The notes under the pieces were generated by a model that was not told the DNA's origin, searched no databases, and saw only the letters and a program-made list of their open reading frames with translations. A program made the translations under genes and the position numbers. Source: Amoeboaphelidium protococcarum X5 (Eukaryota; Fungi; Aphelidiomycota). Taken from it: a stretch of DNA of 64,000 bases. Each line of letters opens with the position of its first letter. The stretch's first letter is position 1. Where the stretch lies: contig JALDTO010000235.1 of the NCBI GenBank assembly GCA_023515725.1, positions 62,001-126,000 on the forward strand, read 5' to 3'. Shown piece after piece: positions 1 through 13,455 of this stretch.

Positions 1-1
1 T

Positions 2-388
2 CCAGCCGCATATCTCACCACGCCTGCTGATGTTATCAAGACACGACTGTAAGTAGAGGCGAAGAAGGGTCATTAGTCGTATCATGGTATACGGGACGCG
101 TTCACAAAGATTCTGCGAGAAGAGGGTGTGAGAGCCTTCTTCAAAGGTGGTCCTGCTAGAATATTTCGAAGCTCGCCCCAGTTTGGAGTTACTCTGATGT
201 CTTATGAGCTATTCTAGTAATGGCTACCATTTCCATTTGATAGTTAATACTAGAAGCAACGCGGGGCTATTGTAGCTGAGAAGACTGATGGTTTGTTCAA
301 AATTGCAAACACTATACGCCTCCTTAAAGATATTGATCAAGACTTTGGCCGTGTCTAATCTATTGGTAAGGGCGCATTATCACCATGA
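2..388 (+). CDS. AGC1: Mitochondrial aspartate-glutamate carrier, C-terminal part (5' truncated by window)
   Basis: [16 protein letters not shown][TAA=Q]VEAKKG...[26 protein letters not shown]; carrier signature PxDxxKxRxQ; ends TGA 386-388. Confidence 0.9.
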
Positions 389-837
389 AGGCGCTGGCTA
401 ATTTATTCAATAGAAAGTTACATTTATTTTTATTTTGCTTTTATTGCATATAAATTTTGCCATTCAATTCTATTCTAATAAATAGACATGATAATTGTCA
501 CGGTAATCATCTTCATCATGAAATTTTTGTAGTCATTGCTGACGCGATGTTTATAGGCGCAGCTGGTAGCTCAAGCTGAGACTCAGCATTCAGCAGGTTC
601 GCTGTCCATTGAGTGATTTTGAAAGTACTCAACCAGCAAATTAATTATCATTAGTAAGTACAACATAAGAACGTGTGCATCAATCAAACCGTATCAATAT
701 CACCATGGTTACTAAGAAGTCAGGCTGGACACGGCGATAAAAGAAGACAAAAACTTGGGAACCTCCCACTGAATGTCAAACTTTGCATCACCAGGTAATT
801 TGTATTAGTATCGAGTCAAAACTATATATAAGCTATA

Positions 838-3558
838 ATGAGAACCCAACCCAGACAAACTCAGCTGGCGGCAATCCTTCTATTGGCTCTATGTCTGATA
901 ACTTTTGCTGTCATTACTCTGCCGGCTGGAAGAAATTTGTCAGAGTCGTTTTTCACGCAGAAGGAAAGGCCGTTTCAAGATTAGTCCTCCAAGAATGTTA
1001 ACGCTTCAACTCCAGGTAATGGTAATGGTAGTAAGGTGGACACATCTGCACCTCCCTCTGCGCCTAAAGATGATCAACAACTTGCAACCACTGGAAAAGT
1101 GTGGACCGCTGTCAAGAGATTTGACTACACGGGAGTAAGTGCCCAGGATTTTGTAAAATCTTCGTTGACACCTGAAACATTTGCATCTAGTGTATTGTCT
1201 CCTGCAGATGGTCACTTATGCTGCAAAAAGTGGGTTGTGATTACAACTATTTTTGATCCATCAAAGACTATATAGCAAGTGATCAGATTATCTGGATGGT
1301 GTGCCGTTATTGTTGGTGACAAGAAAACGCCTGAAGATAAGTATCAGAGTTTGGTCAGTCAGTTCAAAGATAAAGTTGTCTATCTTACTGTAGAGATGCA
1401 GAAATAGTTGCCATACTATATGAATAGCAAGATACCGTGGAACCATTTTGGTCGCAAGAATTTGGGTTATCTCTATGCTATACATCACTGTGCCGTTGAT
1501 ATCTATGATTGCGATGATGATAATGAACTCACGTCTGATAGTCTCAGGACCGTTGGGGAATTTGTAAACTTGTCTGAAATCAAGATTCCAGGTACCGCCT
1601 CAAAGAATATTAGTCACACATTCTTTAATCCGTACGCTAGTTTTGTTGATAGGAGTGTCTATAATGCATCCGCGACATGGCCCAGAGGATTTCCTCTATC
1701 TTTGATCAAGTCACATTAGAACGCAGTAAGTGCGGGTGAAGTACAAAAGTTGACAGTGTCGAATAGACTCGCTCTTGTCCAATCTTTAGCCTCGATTGAT
1801 CCGGATATGGACGCCATTTATAGGTTGAGTCAGCCGCTGCCATTGTTATTTGATCAGACGGTCACACCTGTTGTCATGAATGAGCGTTAGTATGCGCCGC
1901 TGAATGCATAAGCGCTAATGACTACGAGGCAGTCCTTCTTCGGCCTTCTTCTACCTATTAGTGTTCATGGCCGAGTGACTGATATCTGGCGATCTTACAT
2001 TTGGATTCGTATTCTGCATGATATTGATGCTGGTTAGGTGGCGTTTGCAGCTCCTTGGGTCGAGCATAGACGCAATGAACACTCTTATGATGCCGATTTT
2101 GTTGCCGAGTACCCTCTATACACTCAGACTAAATCATTTGTTCAGTTTTTGGATCAAATTACATTCAGGCCAGATGCATCAATCCCAGAGCGATTATTGT
2201 AAATCTATATTAAATGTTATGAAATTGGTGTAATTGGATAATCTGATATTGATCTCGTCATGGCGTGGCTCAAGGATTTACATTCTGTGGGGTATCAGTT
2301 CCCCGAGCCTGTGATTTTATCAAAATCTCTATCGATTTGGAGCTCTGACTTGCATGATGGAGTTCGCGCAGATATCTCTTCGGTATTGTTGAGTATTGGT
2401 TAACGCTATGTGAATGCTGGAGCCAAAGGACTATCTGGCCCTTATCCAGAAGTCCTTGTGCATCCTCATTCAAGTATTGCACCAAGAGTTCCATTGATTG
2501 AGTAAAGAACTAAGCATACAATGTAACCATTGACGGAACTCGAAGTTTAGCAGTTTTACTAGGATTATACGGGAAACGAGGGGATGCAGTAGACAAGCGC
2601 GTTTGTATGCTCATTTGTAAGCTCCTTCTGTGAAGCTTACATGCCCATGAATAGATCAATCATATTCCTGCCTGCTCACAGATTTACTATGGGTAGATGC
2701 TCAGAGAATTCTTGGAAGAGATTGATTGAGCATGTCTAGATGATGGCAAAGCCAAAGCAAGGTGCCCCTACGAATATTATTGCTGCAATGGGTAAATATG
2801 ATGCCGAGTACATCAAGTATTATACAGGCGTTGAACCTTTGATTCTAGCGGCAACTTCTTTTGCTTATACTCAGAATACGCGATACTACCCAAGGAGAAA
2901 AGAGATTCTGGTTGGTCCGTTGTAACTATAGAGCTTACCTTATGAGAGTGAGTTCAATATTGTTTCTGCACTAGGACAGTCTGAGAAATGGAAATTTGTG
3001 ACCGCAAAGCAATTGTACGGAAGGTACACATTAGACAATATTGCTGATCATCGAGCCGTTGTTATTTTGCCATACGCCGTCTTAAGTTACGGCTTGACTG
3101 AATTGGCCGCTATCGGAGTTCCAATATTTGTGCCGTCTGTAGATTTTCTGCTTGAGTTGGGCCTGATCACGGACAGAGTAATATTGAATAGTCCGCTATA
3201 TTGTAGTTTGGGACAGGACCATTTTGTCATCCCTCAACATCTAAATTCCAGCCATAAGTTCAGTCCGGAAGATGAATCTCCTGCAGCAAAGAAGTACTGG
3301 TTGCAGTATGCAGACTTTTACCAGTGGAAGAATGTGATTCAATTTGATTCGTGGAAACATTTGGCAACTATGCTTGATAAAACTGATTTCCAAAGTGTCC
3401 ACAAGGCAATGGTGCGATACAATGTCCAAAGGAGACAGGAGTTGTATAAAAATTGGCGCCATGTCATTGACAAAGTTGGTCCAAATGTGCGCGACTATCC
3501 CAAGTCTTACCAAGACGCGTTGCAAATGTGGGGCGTCGAAAGCTTCATGGCTGATTGA
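838..3558 (+). CDS. STELLO-like (DUF288) type II membrane glycosyltransferase with an additional C-terminal domain, ~906 aa
   Basis: N-terminal TM (LAAILLLALCLITFAVITL); KWVVITTI, VIVGDKKTP, GRKNLGYLYAIHH..IYDCDDDN, DPDMDAIYRL, LLPISVHGRVTDIWRSY; track ORFs 1036, 1408, 2740 and 2998 share one frame joined by TAR=Gln. Confidence 0.8.
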
Positions 3559-3747
3559 TAGAATAGAATAGATAATTAAATTTTTTTACCTGTAATAATA
3601 ATGTACTTGCTGTATTTAAGTGTTTATGGTCTTTACGATAAGTGCGGCTCTTTAAGCTCTGTCCGCAATCTGAAAATTCGAAACTTTCTCCCTTCACACA
3701 CGCTCTTTAAAACACTAAACAGTGATCAGCCAAAAGAAGTTGTGACC

Positions 3748-4395
3748 ATGACCCAGAATGTAAAGTATAATGAAAGTGGTATTCCTTAGGCGCCATTTGT
3801 AGTAAGAATATTGAATAGCATAAAAGATCAATGATTTTAATCACTGGGATGTAATTCACTTTTGTAGGATGAGGTTGAAAAGTTCCTGAGCCCAGAGATG
3901 GATGCACAGGCGCTGTTGCGAAAATTCGATGAGATGCTGTCCACCTATAAGAGAATGGAAGTGTAGCTGTAGGCAAAGAAATAGAACTTGAACACCAAGA
4001 TTCCAGAATTAGAAAAGTCGCTAGAAGCTGTGCGTAATCTAATAGCCTCTGCGTAATCAGAAGATACTGGCAATCAGCATAGCGTGAGGTATGAATTGAG
4101 CGATGCCGTTTATGCTATGGCCACTGTGGATAAGCCCGTACTTGGTGATGGTGAATCAGCTACAAAAGTTGGTATTTGGCTAGGTGCCAATATAATGGTG
4201 GAATACACGTTGAAAGAGGCTGAGGATCTTCTGGCTGACAAGAGGTAGCGAGCGGCACAGTCTTTGGAGCTCATCAATTCCGATTTGGAGTACCTGCGTG
4301 AATAGATCACCATTGTTGAGGTGAACCTGGCGCGAGTCTACAACTATGAAGTATCGCAGAGACGGCGCAAATCATCGCAGCCTATATCTACCTGA
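3748..4395 (+). CDS. PFDN3: Prefoldin subunit 3 (intron 3802-3867)
   Basis: GIP[Q]APFV-DEVEKF, KIPELEKSLEAV, YELSDAVYA, KVGIWLGANIMVEYTLKEAEDLL, LRE[Q]ITIVEVNLARVYNY. Confidence 0.92.
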
Positions 4396-4571
4396 ATGAA
4401 TTATTATGACTATGTGAACTTAATACGATTATCACTGTGCTTTTTACTTATATTTCGAGCTTTCATTGAACTTATCTTTGCGCCGCTTTCTCTTTTAACG
4501 TCTCTGATCGCTTATTACTTAGATCGCTGTTTTCTCTCAAGTTATCACATTAGACACCGAACATACATAAG

Positions 4572-5192
4572 ATGAAAAACTTACTTGCTGTGGTGACTTT
4601 CAAGTCGAATACTAGCGGAATGCTGGATCCATTTGTGTCTTTTAGTAGACAGGCAGCACAGGCATTCAAGATTCCTGTTAGCAAGACGATTTACCCAATT
4701 GACAAGACTTTGACGCGTCCTCACTCGCTGACTCCGGATGGATAATCAGCTGATATTTATCCTCATAATATTTCATCTGCTATCATAAGTGGTGATAGTG
4801 ATTAGTAGTCGCACGGATCTAGTGCTGCTGCAAGATATGAAAATACTGAAGATGTATCGTATTAGACGCGTTCTTTTATTGTGAATAGATCGCCGTTTGT
4901 CCATGGTCGGCATCAAGACACGTTCCGTATCAGGACATATCATCGCTAGCTGGCTCTATTTAGGTCAGATAATGAGGCTGGTGTATAAGGGAGTTCTGTA
5001 CCTGGGGCGAAGAGTCAGAACCTCAAAGCTGATAGTCAAGTCGTCAGTAAGTGGCTTCATTACATCTCAATGTAAATGCCTGCCGGTATCGGAATGGACT
5101 ATGAACTAATTGATCATGAGCCTCAGTTACTGAATATGAGCTAATCACTGTAATCCTTAATTGAAAAGTAGTAGAATGTGCATGAACAATGA
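4572..5192 (+). CDS. RSM10: Mitochondrial ribosomal protein uS10m
   Basis: VNRSPFVHGRHQDTFRIRTYHR[Q]L and WLHYISM[Q]MPAGIGM resemble uS10 motifs; single frame to TGA. Confidence 0.7.
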
Positions 5193-5219
5193 GTAATTAC
5201 TGAGATAGTTATAGACTTT

Positions 5220-6164
5220 TCATTTATTATTATTATTACCAATATTACTGATGGAGTGTACCGTTAGGAGCGATTTGTCTGATTAGCTCACAAGGACATC
5301 GACTCCGCTAAGTTCACGTTATAGATACTATTGTAGCACTTTTAAATAGCCACGTTCGGAATTATCATGTCCAAGCAGTATAACATCGACACCTTTCTCT
5401 TTGTATGATAGAGTCTCATGATGAGACATTTCGCCAGTAATAAGTAGACTAACCTGTGAGCAACGTAACTTTGAGAACACCCCAGATCCAGATCCAACAC
5501 ACACTGCAATTCCCTTAACAATCTTATCTTTATCTTCCATGGATGATGCTGTACATTATAGGTACTAAAATTCTAGATTCTATAATAGATTTTAGACAAC
5601 CTTAGTAAGAGTGAGAGTACTACCGCTGTGGTCATTCTAAGATTACAGAACGATGAATCTTCCACATCCATATTTGACGCCGCTTAAAGTGTCCGTCTTG
5701 AGATCTATTATTTCAGACGGGCGCACATACTTTAATTTGGACTCAGCATACGAATTTAATAAAGTTGATTCGCCAAGTGCGGAGCGAAGGAGCCATTCGT
5801 TAATGTTGTACTCTACTGAGGGTGTCGCGTCAAGGGCTGAATGAGGACAGAATACAGAGATACCATTAGTCAGGCAGCTGACAACTTGTCGCTCTTTAGG
5901 TGCAGCAGACTCGCAATTCGTAGACTTCATACCGCGAAATATAATTGGATGATACGACAATATGACACCAGCATTCTTCTAAATCGCTTCATCAACCACT
6001 TGATCAGTAACATCATTGGTCAGAATCACCGTATTTCCTCTGCATGAAGGCGACTGCACAAGCGTACCTACATTGTCCCACTCCTTCTCCGCATATTGAA
6101 GAGGCGCAATTTTATTTACGGCATCTTATACACGCTGCACGAGCGAATAGTTAGAGCTGCTCAT
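5220..6164 (-). CDS. NIF3: NIF3-like (NGG1-interacting factor 3) protein
   Basis: APLQYAEKEWDNVG, SYHPIIF, HSALDA, AVCVGSG, ITGEMSHHE, GHDNSERGYL. Confidence 0.92.
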
Positions 6165-6285
6165 CTTCAACTTTTGAGTACACGGTGCTAAATTTAATCT
6201 GCTCGTACTTTTAAGCATTTAACACGGTGGTAGAAAAGAAGAAACAAGATTCAAACTCTATTCGGAGACCAAATCAAAATCAACT

Positions 6286-9204
6286 TCATTTAGAGTATGG
6301 TCTATCATATGAGACAAGTTGTTCAAAGGACAAAGATCTTTCACAAAAGGGACACTAATTGGAGCTTTGCAAGTAATTCGCTATCGCCGGTCTGTTGAAT
6401 GTATATTTGCAATGAGGACAATAGACGATAGATTCTGCGTCGCACCATAATCCAGAGGCAAAACATATAGTCGCTTGTACCTTGCACTAGCTACAATTTA
6501 TGGCATCCTGAGGATTAGACGCGTTACATTAGAGACAGCGAGCAGAAGGCATTTGACGTTCATCACCTTCCGGTCGTCTTAGTATACGCTCAATAGTCTT
6601 TTAGTACTTGTCATCAACTTCAGAGATATCCTCTATTGTCTCCATTAGATGAGACGCGTACTTGAATGACAGCTTCTTAGCACCATAGTTGTAACATTAA
6701 ACAGATGCTAGTGCTAGGAGTTTTCTTTTTGCTTTGCCAAACAATTCCACTGACTGACATAGACGGCTCAGTAGCACAGCTTGCGTTTCTATATCAGAGA
6801 TATTAGAATGCATTGGCGATAATATAAAGGATTAACATAGAACTAAATATCTTGATACCTCTTGATTCTAGATCTCTGCATGATCTTCCGAAAACTTACA
6901 CAATAATCTTCGAGCATCATTAAATTACTCATCTTTCATCAGATCAGTAGACTTTGTAATGACAAAACTAGTCATCACATCATGTAAACCACTGACAGAT
7001 AGGAATTAGTATACCAAATTGTAATCAAAATTAGATAAATGATTTTAAAGCGAATTCCACAATTTAATCGCAGCTTCCTTGTTCTTTGTATTGGAGAAAA
7101 GCTCAGCACAGATCAATAAATACGAATCATCAATAGCAAGTCTCGGCAGTAATCTTTCCACTCGACCAAAATCTTTTAATCTCAAATGCAGTTTAGCTGC
7201 AACGTTATACAACTGTCGCTACTCCATTTCTTCAGCCATACTCTTTATATTATCAGCTGATTCCAAATTCACCAGACGATCGGCATAGATATCCAACTTA
7301 TTATGATTTTTGGCCATAACAAAAGCCAAATCATGTTGACCAATCCCTAATGCAACGTCAATGGCACTTTGAGAATCATTCAACTCCTCTGTCAGATACG
7401 TGATGAGATACTTTCCAGCAGTCTAATCTTTGGATGATTTTACTAAATCAACAGCTTCATCGACAGAGCCTAATTTGAGGACAAGAAGCTAGACTAAAGC
7501 CAAGTGATCTAAAGCCTTGGTGTAATACTGTTTCGCTTCACTAAGATTTCCTTATGCTTCTAGATGCTTTCCATAGTCTGACAGAACTTTAGTGTCTTTA
7601 ACTTTAGAGATTATCTTTCTAGCTAGCTGATACTTTCCCAACTTCAGCATCAGAGCCGCAGCTTTATTAAGATCTTACGCTTTGACGTACATATGAAGCG
7701 CTTCTTCATTATACGCCAACAACTCAAGTATCTCGCCGCATTCGCCACTGAAAGCTGGGTCATTCAAAGATAAGGCTTATTCCACGGCACTTTATACCTG
7801 ATTACATCGCAACATCATCTTAATAGCGCCACGAACTGCTGCACTTCTAAATGACTCTGAGAGGCCGTCTTACGCTTTCTTATAAAGCTGCAACGCATCT
7901 TAATACTACTTTTACGATGCTTTCTTATCCGCTTATAAGAGATACAAAGTACTTATATCATAATCCGGCAAAGTTTTGGCAACTTAGTACGCACGGTCAA
8001 GATTCTCTAACTCAATCCACATCTCAACGGTCTTCTGAGGAGTAAAGCAGTGTAAATAGTGCATCTCAGCCAACTCGTATTATTATAAAATACGACAAAT
8101 TTCCCCTTAAACGTACCTCTTGTCGACACATTTTAACAATGCTAGTAAAGTATAATGTAATTGGACGATAGAATAGCTAGAGTTAAATTGAACTATAGGC
8201 AGCTTCCGTTAAATCAATAACTACATAATTTCAACTGCGAGTTGAATCGTCATAAACTCGAGAGCAATCTTAATCACAGTGAGCCATTCAACAGCAGAAA
8301 ATTGCTTCTACAGCAGAGTGCTATGTTATCCCAATAGAATCAATGATTAAACATTCAGTTCAGAATCTTGTTCAAACAATAAAACACGCATCTGGTTATC
8401 ACCAAAGCAGAGTATGCCACTTTGCTGAATGTCCAATATCTGATATTAACGGTCCACTGTGATATTAGCTACCACTTCTATAAATTCACCTCTAACATGA
8501 TTTAAAGTGGACGCAAGCGTTAGTAGTGAATCTTCAGTCTATATAAGAAAAAGTGAGCAGCATGACTGCACCTTTGATTAGAACAAACAATCTATCACTT
8601 GCTGGTTGTCTGGTATAGGCAACTTTATAGATATATTCTAAAGACTATGATGAAGATATGCATTCTAACTTTCATCAATGATAATAATCTTGGTACCATA
8701 GTCATTACAGTATATCTTTTCTATCGAACACTTATGCTGATACTTACCAACTGGAACCATAGAAGGAAGTAGATAGAGATTTATTATATCGCCATTCACT
8801 ACAGCTAATAACTTTTAGGCTAGAACATATAAGTCTCCGCGTAAACCAGCAGAAATCTCAGTATGAGATGCTAAATCATACAGGTAAATAACACTATTCT
8901 TAGATTCTTAATAGACAAAGTATAAGTCATTAAGACAATAATGATAAAGCTCTTCGTCAAACTATTATTCAAACAGCTTATCATCTTTACGATCAACAAC
9001 TTGGTAGAAATTATCAAGATATCGAATAAGTATTACATTCTTATAGCCAGAAGATGATATAGGAGTCTATTTCAGACTAAACTTTTGTGACTAAGTAATC
9101 TTTGAATCAACTTTACTATTATCAATGCGGGATACATCAACCACCACGATATCCTTTCCAGAGGACAGAGTTAAGTACCGACCGTTCTTGGCTAGAAGAT
9201 GCAT
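6286..9204 (-). CDS. WDR19: Divergent, N-terminally shortened IFT144/WDR19 (IFT-A subunit), ~972 aa
   Basis: YQHKCSIEKIYCNDYGTKIIIIDE in the propeller region, TPR-like helices, C-terminal VDDKY[Q]KTIERILRRP + CxxC/CxxC/CFASG/CPHC/CPFC zinc-finger tail; start is the first in-frame ATG after an upstream TGA. Confidence 0.75.
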
Positions 9205-9393
9205 CAAAGTGGATGAAGTATCAAAATGTGAACTGAACAGTTGAGATAATATATAGAGAAACAAGATGGAACTATAAAATTAACGATTGTGTAAAGGTGA
9301 AACGAAAAATCAAATAAGTCGCCAAAAGATCTTCTCGAGCTTTGACAACGATGAGTAGAAGATATCAGAAATTTCATTATTGCCTCATTAATC

Positions 9394-9734
9394 TCACTTT
9401 CCACCTCCATGGATTGGACTATTAGGATCCTGATTAACCTTCTACAACATTCATAAAAACGGTAATTGTTACTATTATAATTCCATAAGAAAATGAAAGA
9501 CTTACAAAAGCCATCGAGTAGAGCATCCAACCAGCCCACGACACAGAGACTGCAGTGGCAGCTAGGGAGAAAAAGTAGCGTGGCTTTCCCATCTTGTGCT
9601 TCAGATACACTGGCAAATTGCCACGGGACTACACATAAAAAATTGGAGCGGTATATTACAGTAAAATCATTAAGAACGTATATTCCTACCATGTAGAATT
9701 TTTAATACGCAATTTAACGATCTGGATTCATCAT
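9394..9734 (-). CDS. COX7: Cytochrome c oxidase subunit VII/VIIa-like, 71 aa (introns 9629-9689 and 9442-9505)
   Basis: Spliced MMNPDR[Q]IAY[Q]KFYMSRGNLPVYLKHKMGKPRYFFSLAATAVSVSWAGWMLYSMAFKVNQ...; QK..LPV.LK motif plus one TM helix; three exons are exact codon multiples. Confidence 0.65.
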
Positions 9735-9996
9735 TATAGTTTACTATTAATCGTCAGTACGTTCGTTAGCTTTGCAGAAAAGACGTTCAGGGAAAGGAAA
9801 CCGTTCAAAGAAGAACGCGCGACACCTTTAGAAAGTTTGAGTTCGCGTTCCAACACTGTGATAGTTTACTGATGAGAGTGGGCATAGATTGTGAAGAAGA
9901 CACTTGTTATGACAACATCAAAGCCGTATAAGGCATCGCTAATAATCTATCACCATGAGACTTCAGCAAACAACGTAAAAAGTGTATTAATTACAT

Positions 9997-10905
9997 TCAT
10001 TTGGCTACAATTTCGAGCTGATCAAAGTATTTCCTAGCGAGCATAATATTCAGTTTGACTGCGGCCGGCTCCACATCGGGATCAGATAGAATCACCATGA
10101 TGAACGTGTTCGCAGTCAGAGTCTCAACACACGCAGTATAGTTTGAATTAGAAATCTCCATAGACTGGAATGATGTCTATAACTTCGTACAGCTCAATTT
10201 AAACTGCTTGATAATGTTAGAGATCTTCTCGAACCTGTGTGCATCATTGTACTCACGAGTGTTGGCGTGACTAATCACCAGGAACGTGGTCCTCTCAAAT
10301 AGTACAACTTCATCAGCATGGCAAGTCTTACAGAAGGATGCAAGATTATTCTAGAGATTATCAATGTCCGGAATGAGAGAATGTACTATGGAGCTCCAAG
10401 CTTTGTACAAGGACTCATCCCAGATTGAGGTGGCAAAATACATTGCATCTCCCTTATCTACAACCTTTAATCGATTCAACCACATGGCCATAGTTGACTC
10501 TCTGTCCATAAGATTAACTAGATCCATCTTGTGTATGAGAACGAATACTTTTGCCTATGGGCTGTTGGCCTTGAGAGCATCGATACACATTTAGTAATTA
10601 TTCAAGTCGCGATCAACATCCTCCTCCGCTTTAGTCTCCACATCCATCACGTATATCAACACCTGTACATTCTTGAATATATGGTCCTTCTGGCTGGTAA
10701 AGTAACTCTCCATGAATGCTTCCTACCCACCACAGTCCCAGAGATTTAGTACCAAGTTGCCCATAAATCTAACATGGCTATGCTCGACATCGATCGTGGC
10801 ACCCAGTCGACGCGTGTCACCTGCAATGTAATTGGCAAATATGATGCATCTCATGGACGTCTTGCCACTACCACTCTTGCCCATTAACAAAACTTTGCGT
10901 TTCAT
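9997..10905 (-). CDS. GTR1: Rag A/B GTPase
   Basis: [33 protein letters not shown][TAG=Q][35 protein letters not shown]. Confidence 0.97.
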
Positions 10906-11038
10906 GTTCTTATCGCGCGGCGCCTTGAATTGATTCACTACAGATTAAACAAGTGAACTGACGATATGAGGGGACTAAGGGAATTCTCCTAGAGAATTGA
11001 AAGTTGGTTGAAAAGAAGCGCGCGAGATTGAGAGAGAA

Positions 11039-13391
11039 ATGCAAGTGTCCGGAACCGACGTTGAGTAGCTGGCTATAGTGGATACGCCAATACTTATTAA
11101 TGTACACACTGAAGGCAAAAAGTTTTCCAATGTCTCAACTGTTGCTATACTAGTTTTTAGTGTTGGCTTATTGCTAAACTTGCTTTCAAATAGTGGCACC
11201 TCTCGCCTCGGTATAGTTATTTTAATCGAGACTGCGAATTTATTTATTGTATAGAGTCTTTGTAGGGAGTCTCTTGGAAATACCATGCACTGTACTATAG
11301 AAGGGATTCTGGTTTAATGATAGGTGGAATACTGCTGGATGTTAAATGACTTAGTATAGCCAGCTCAATGCGCGTCAATGCCTACGTGATCGGAATTTGA
11401 CTATCATTGGAGATTCCTAAGGTAGACATTTATACCTTGCATTTGCATCTCTGTTTGAATAAAATCCTGTGATATAACATCATCAATCGTCTTAGTTTAC
11501 GACTGCAGATGAGAGTTTAAAAATTTAGTTTATATGGGATCCTTTTCTGAATTCAACAGAGAGCTTTCAGTCTATAAGTGGTTAATCAATCACCATTATT
11601 AACTATGGCGCTTGGTATATGCGATATTCAGACTCTTTTGCGCGAGCCAAGAGTCAATACTAGAGTTCTCTGAATAGATTAAGTGCTGTCAATAATATCG
11701 TCTTTGTCTCTCCTATACTACCAGTGGTCAGTGAACTCCTGTCACCGGAGAGAAGTCGGACAATGACAAATGATCGTATAGCCATTCTGAACTCTATTCT
11801 AAAATAGAAAGCTTTATGGCATAAATAGCTGCATGTCAGCAATGTATTCCTTGAAATGTCCAAGGGTCGTAACTTTTAGTCTGTAGATGGTTTGCATTAT
11901 GAATCGGCTCTGTACGAGACTCAGCGTGGTTTACTGCTTAATCAAATATGCAATAAAGAGTTGCACTTGAGCGGTCGCTGCTGTACTAGATACTAGAATG
12001 CTATACCATACAGCCTGGTCTTTGTCATGATGCTAATCGTCTCTCTGTGCTTGTTGAGTTTTAAATCGGTCTCAATATCGCGTACGATTCCTGTTCCACG
12101 GTGGGCTGTACTAATTCTACAACTTATTGGAGTCGTATGTTTGGCGTATATATGTGATAGATTAAATTTGATATCAAAGCAGGATAAGTTTTACAATCAG
12201 AAGCTATTCGTATCACTCATATGTATCATATTAGTCGGTGGACTCTCTACAATCAAACGTAATGACTCAAGTACAGATGGTGGGTTCATGAATAAAAACA
12301 TTACACAGGAGTGGAAAGGATGGATGTAACTGGTCATCCTAGCTTATCATTATGCAGGTGCATCCTCTGTTATTGGAATATACAACTTCATGCGCATCCT
12401 CGTCGCATCATACTTGTATTTGTCCGCGTACGGTCATTTCATGCAATTCTACATTAAAGCTGACTTTAGCTGGCAAAAGCTGGTTAAGACTGTCCTAAGA
12501 CTGAATCTTCTCTCTATTCTTCTGTCTCATATCACTGGACTTCCGTATCAGCAGTATTATTTCACTCCGCTGATAACGTTTTGGTATATTGTATTATACG
12601 TGTCAATGCGGTTGCTGAGTAAGTACAATTAGAATGTTACTTTCTTGCTATCCAAACTTTTAGTTATTCAAGTTCTGCTCAATGCAAGTGTATTGCATTG
12701 TCCATAATTCATCACTTGGCCAGTGTAGTGGATTTTCTCTATTGCAGGCATCTAATGGAACAATGAAGAGTGGCTATTCAGACTTTCGCTGGACGTTAAT
12801 GCCTGCTTCTTTGGTGCTCTTACAGCCTTATTAGTATAAAAGTATTAGGATAATAATTGTAAAGTCTAGTAAACCTTACAAAATCGACGATATTCAGTGC
12901 AGAGAATATGGACTGCTTTAGGACTCGCGCTAATAGTCTGGTATATCAATTTCTAGTTGAGCTTCACTGACAAACTGTCGTATAACCAATGGCACCCGTA
13001 CATCTCTGTAATACCAATACTCGGATACATCATGCTAAGAAATTGCAATTCCACAACTCGTCAGTACACCTCGAGATTGTTTGAGCACATTGGCGGTATA
13101 TCATTGGAAACTTTTGTACTGCAATACCACATTTGGTTGGCGAATGATTCCAAAGGTTTGCTTACTTTAATCCCGGTATCTGGCGCGGTTACTTTCTGGC
13201 TCAACCTTATAGCGACTTCATTTGTATTTTGGTATACTTCAAGGCTAGCGGCACGTTGTACTAATGATCTGGTTGCGACAGTCGCTAAAGCTCTGTAACG
13301 TAAGCAAAACTTTAAAATCGCTGTTAAATATGTTTCTGTGTCTCTGATTGTAATGCTGCTACTGAACCATTTGATATTTGCGAAAAGATGA
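11039..13391 (+). CDS. CAS1: Cas1p/CASD1-family O-acetyltransferase (esterase domain + multi-TM domain); probable intron 11211-11265; start uncertain
   Basis: C..G.W...W...GC..CL...IIGDS motif; TQEWKGWM[Q]LVILAYHY, RILVASYL, YYFTPL, EWLFRLSLD, ILGYIMLRN, GGISLETFVLQYHIWL. Confidence 0.88.
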
Positions 13392-13455
13392 ATGTAAACA
13401 CCTGTAAGTAAGACTGTCTATATAAATATATACAAAATCCTTACTCAGTGACAGA

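Noticed and set aside
11039-13391. CAS1 as CRISPR-associated cas1
   Set aside because: Name coincidence; the motifs are those of the Cas1p O-acetyltransferase
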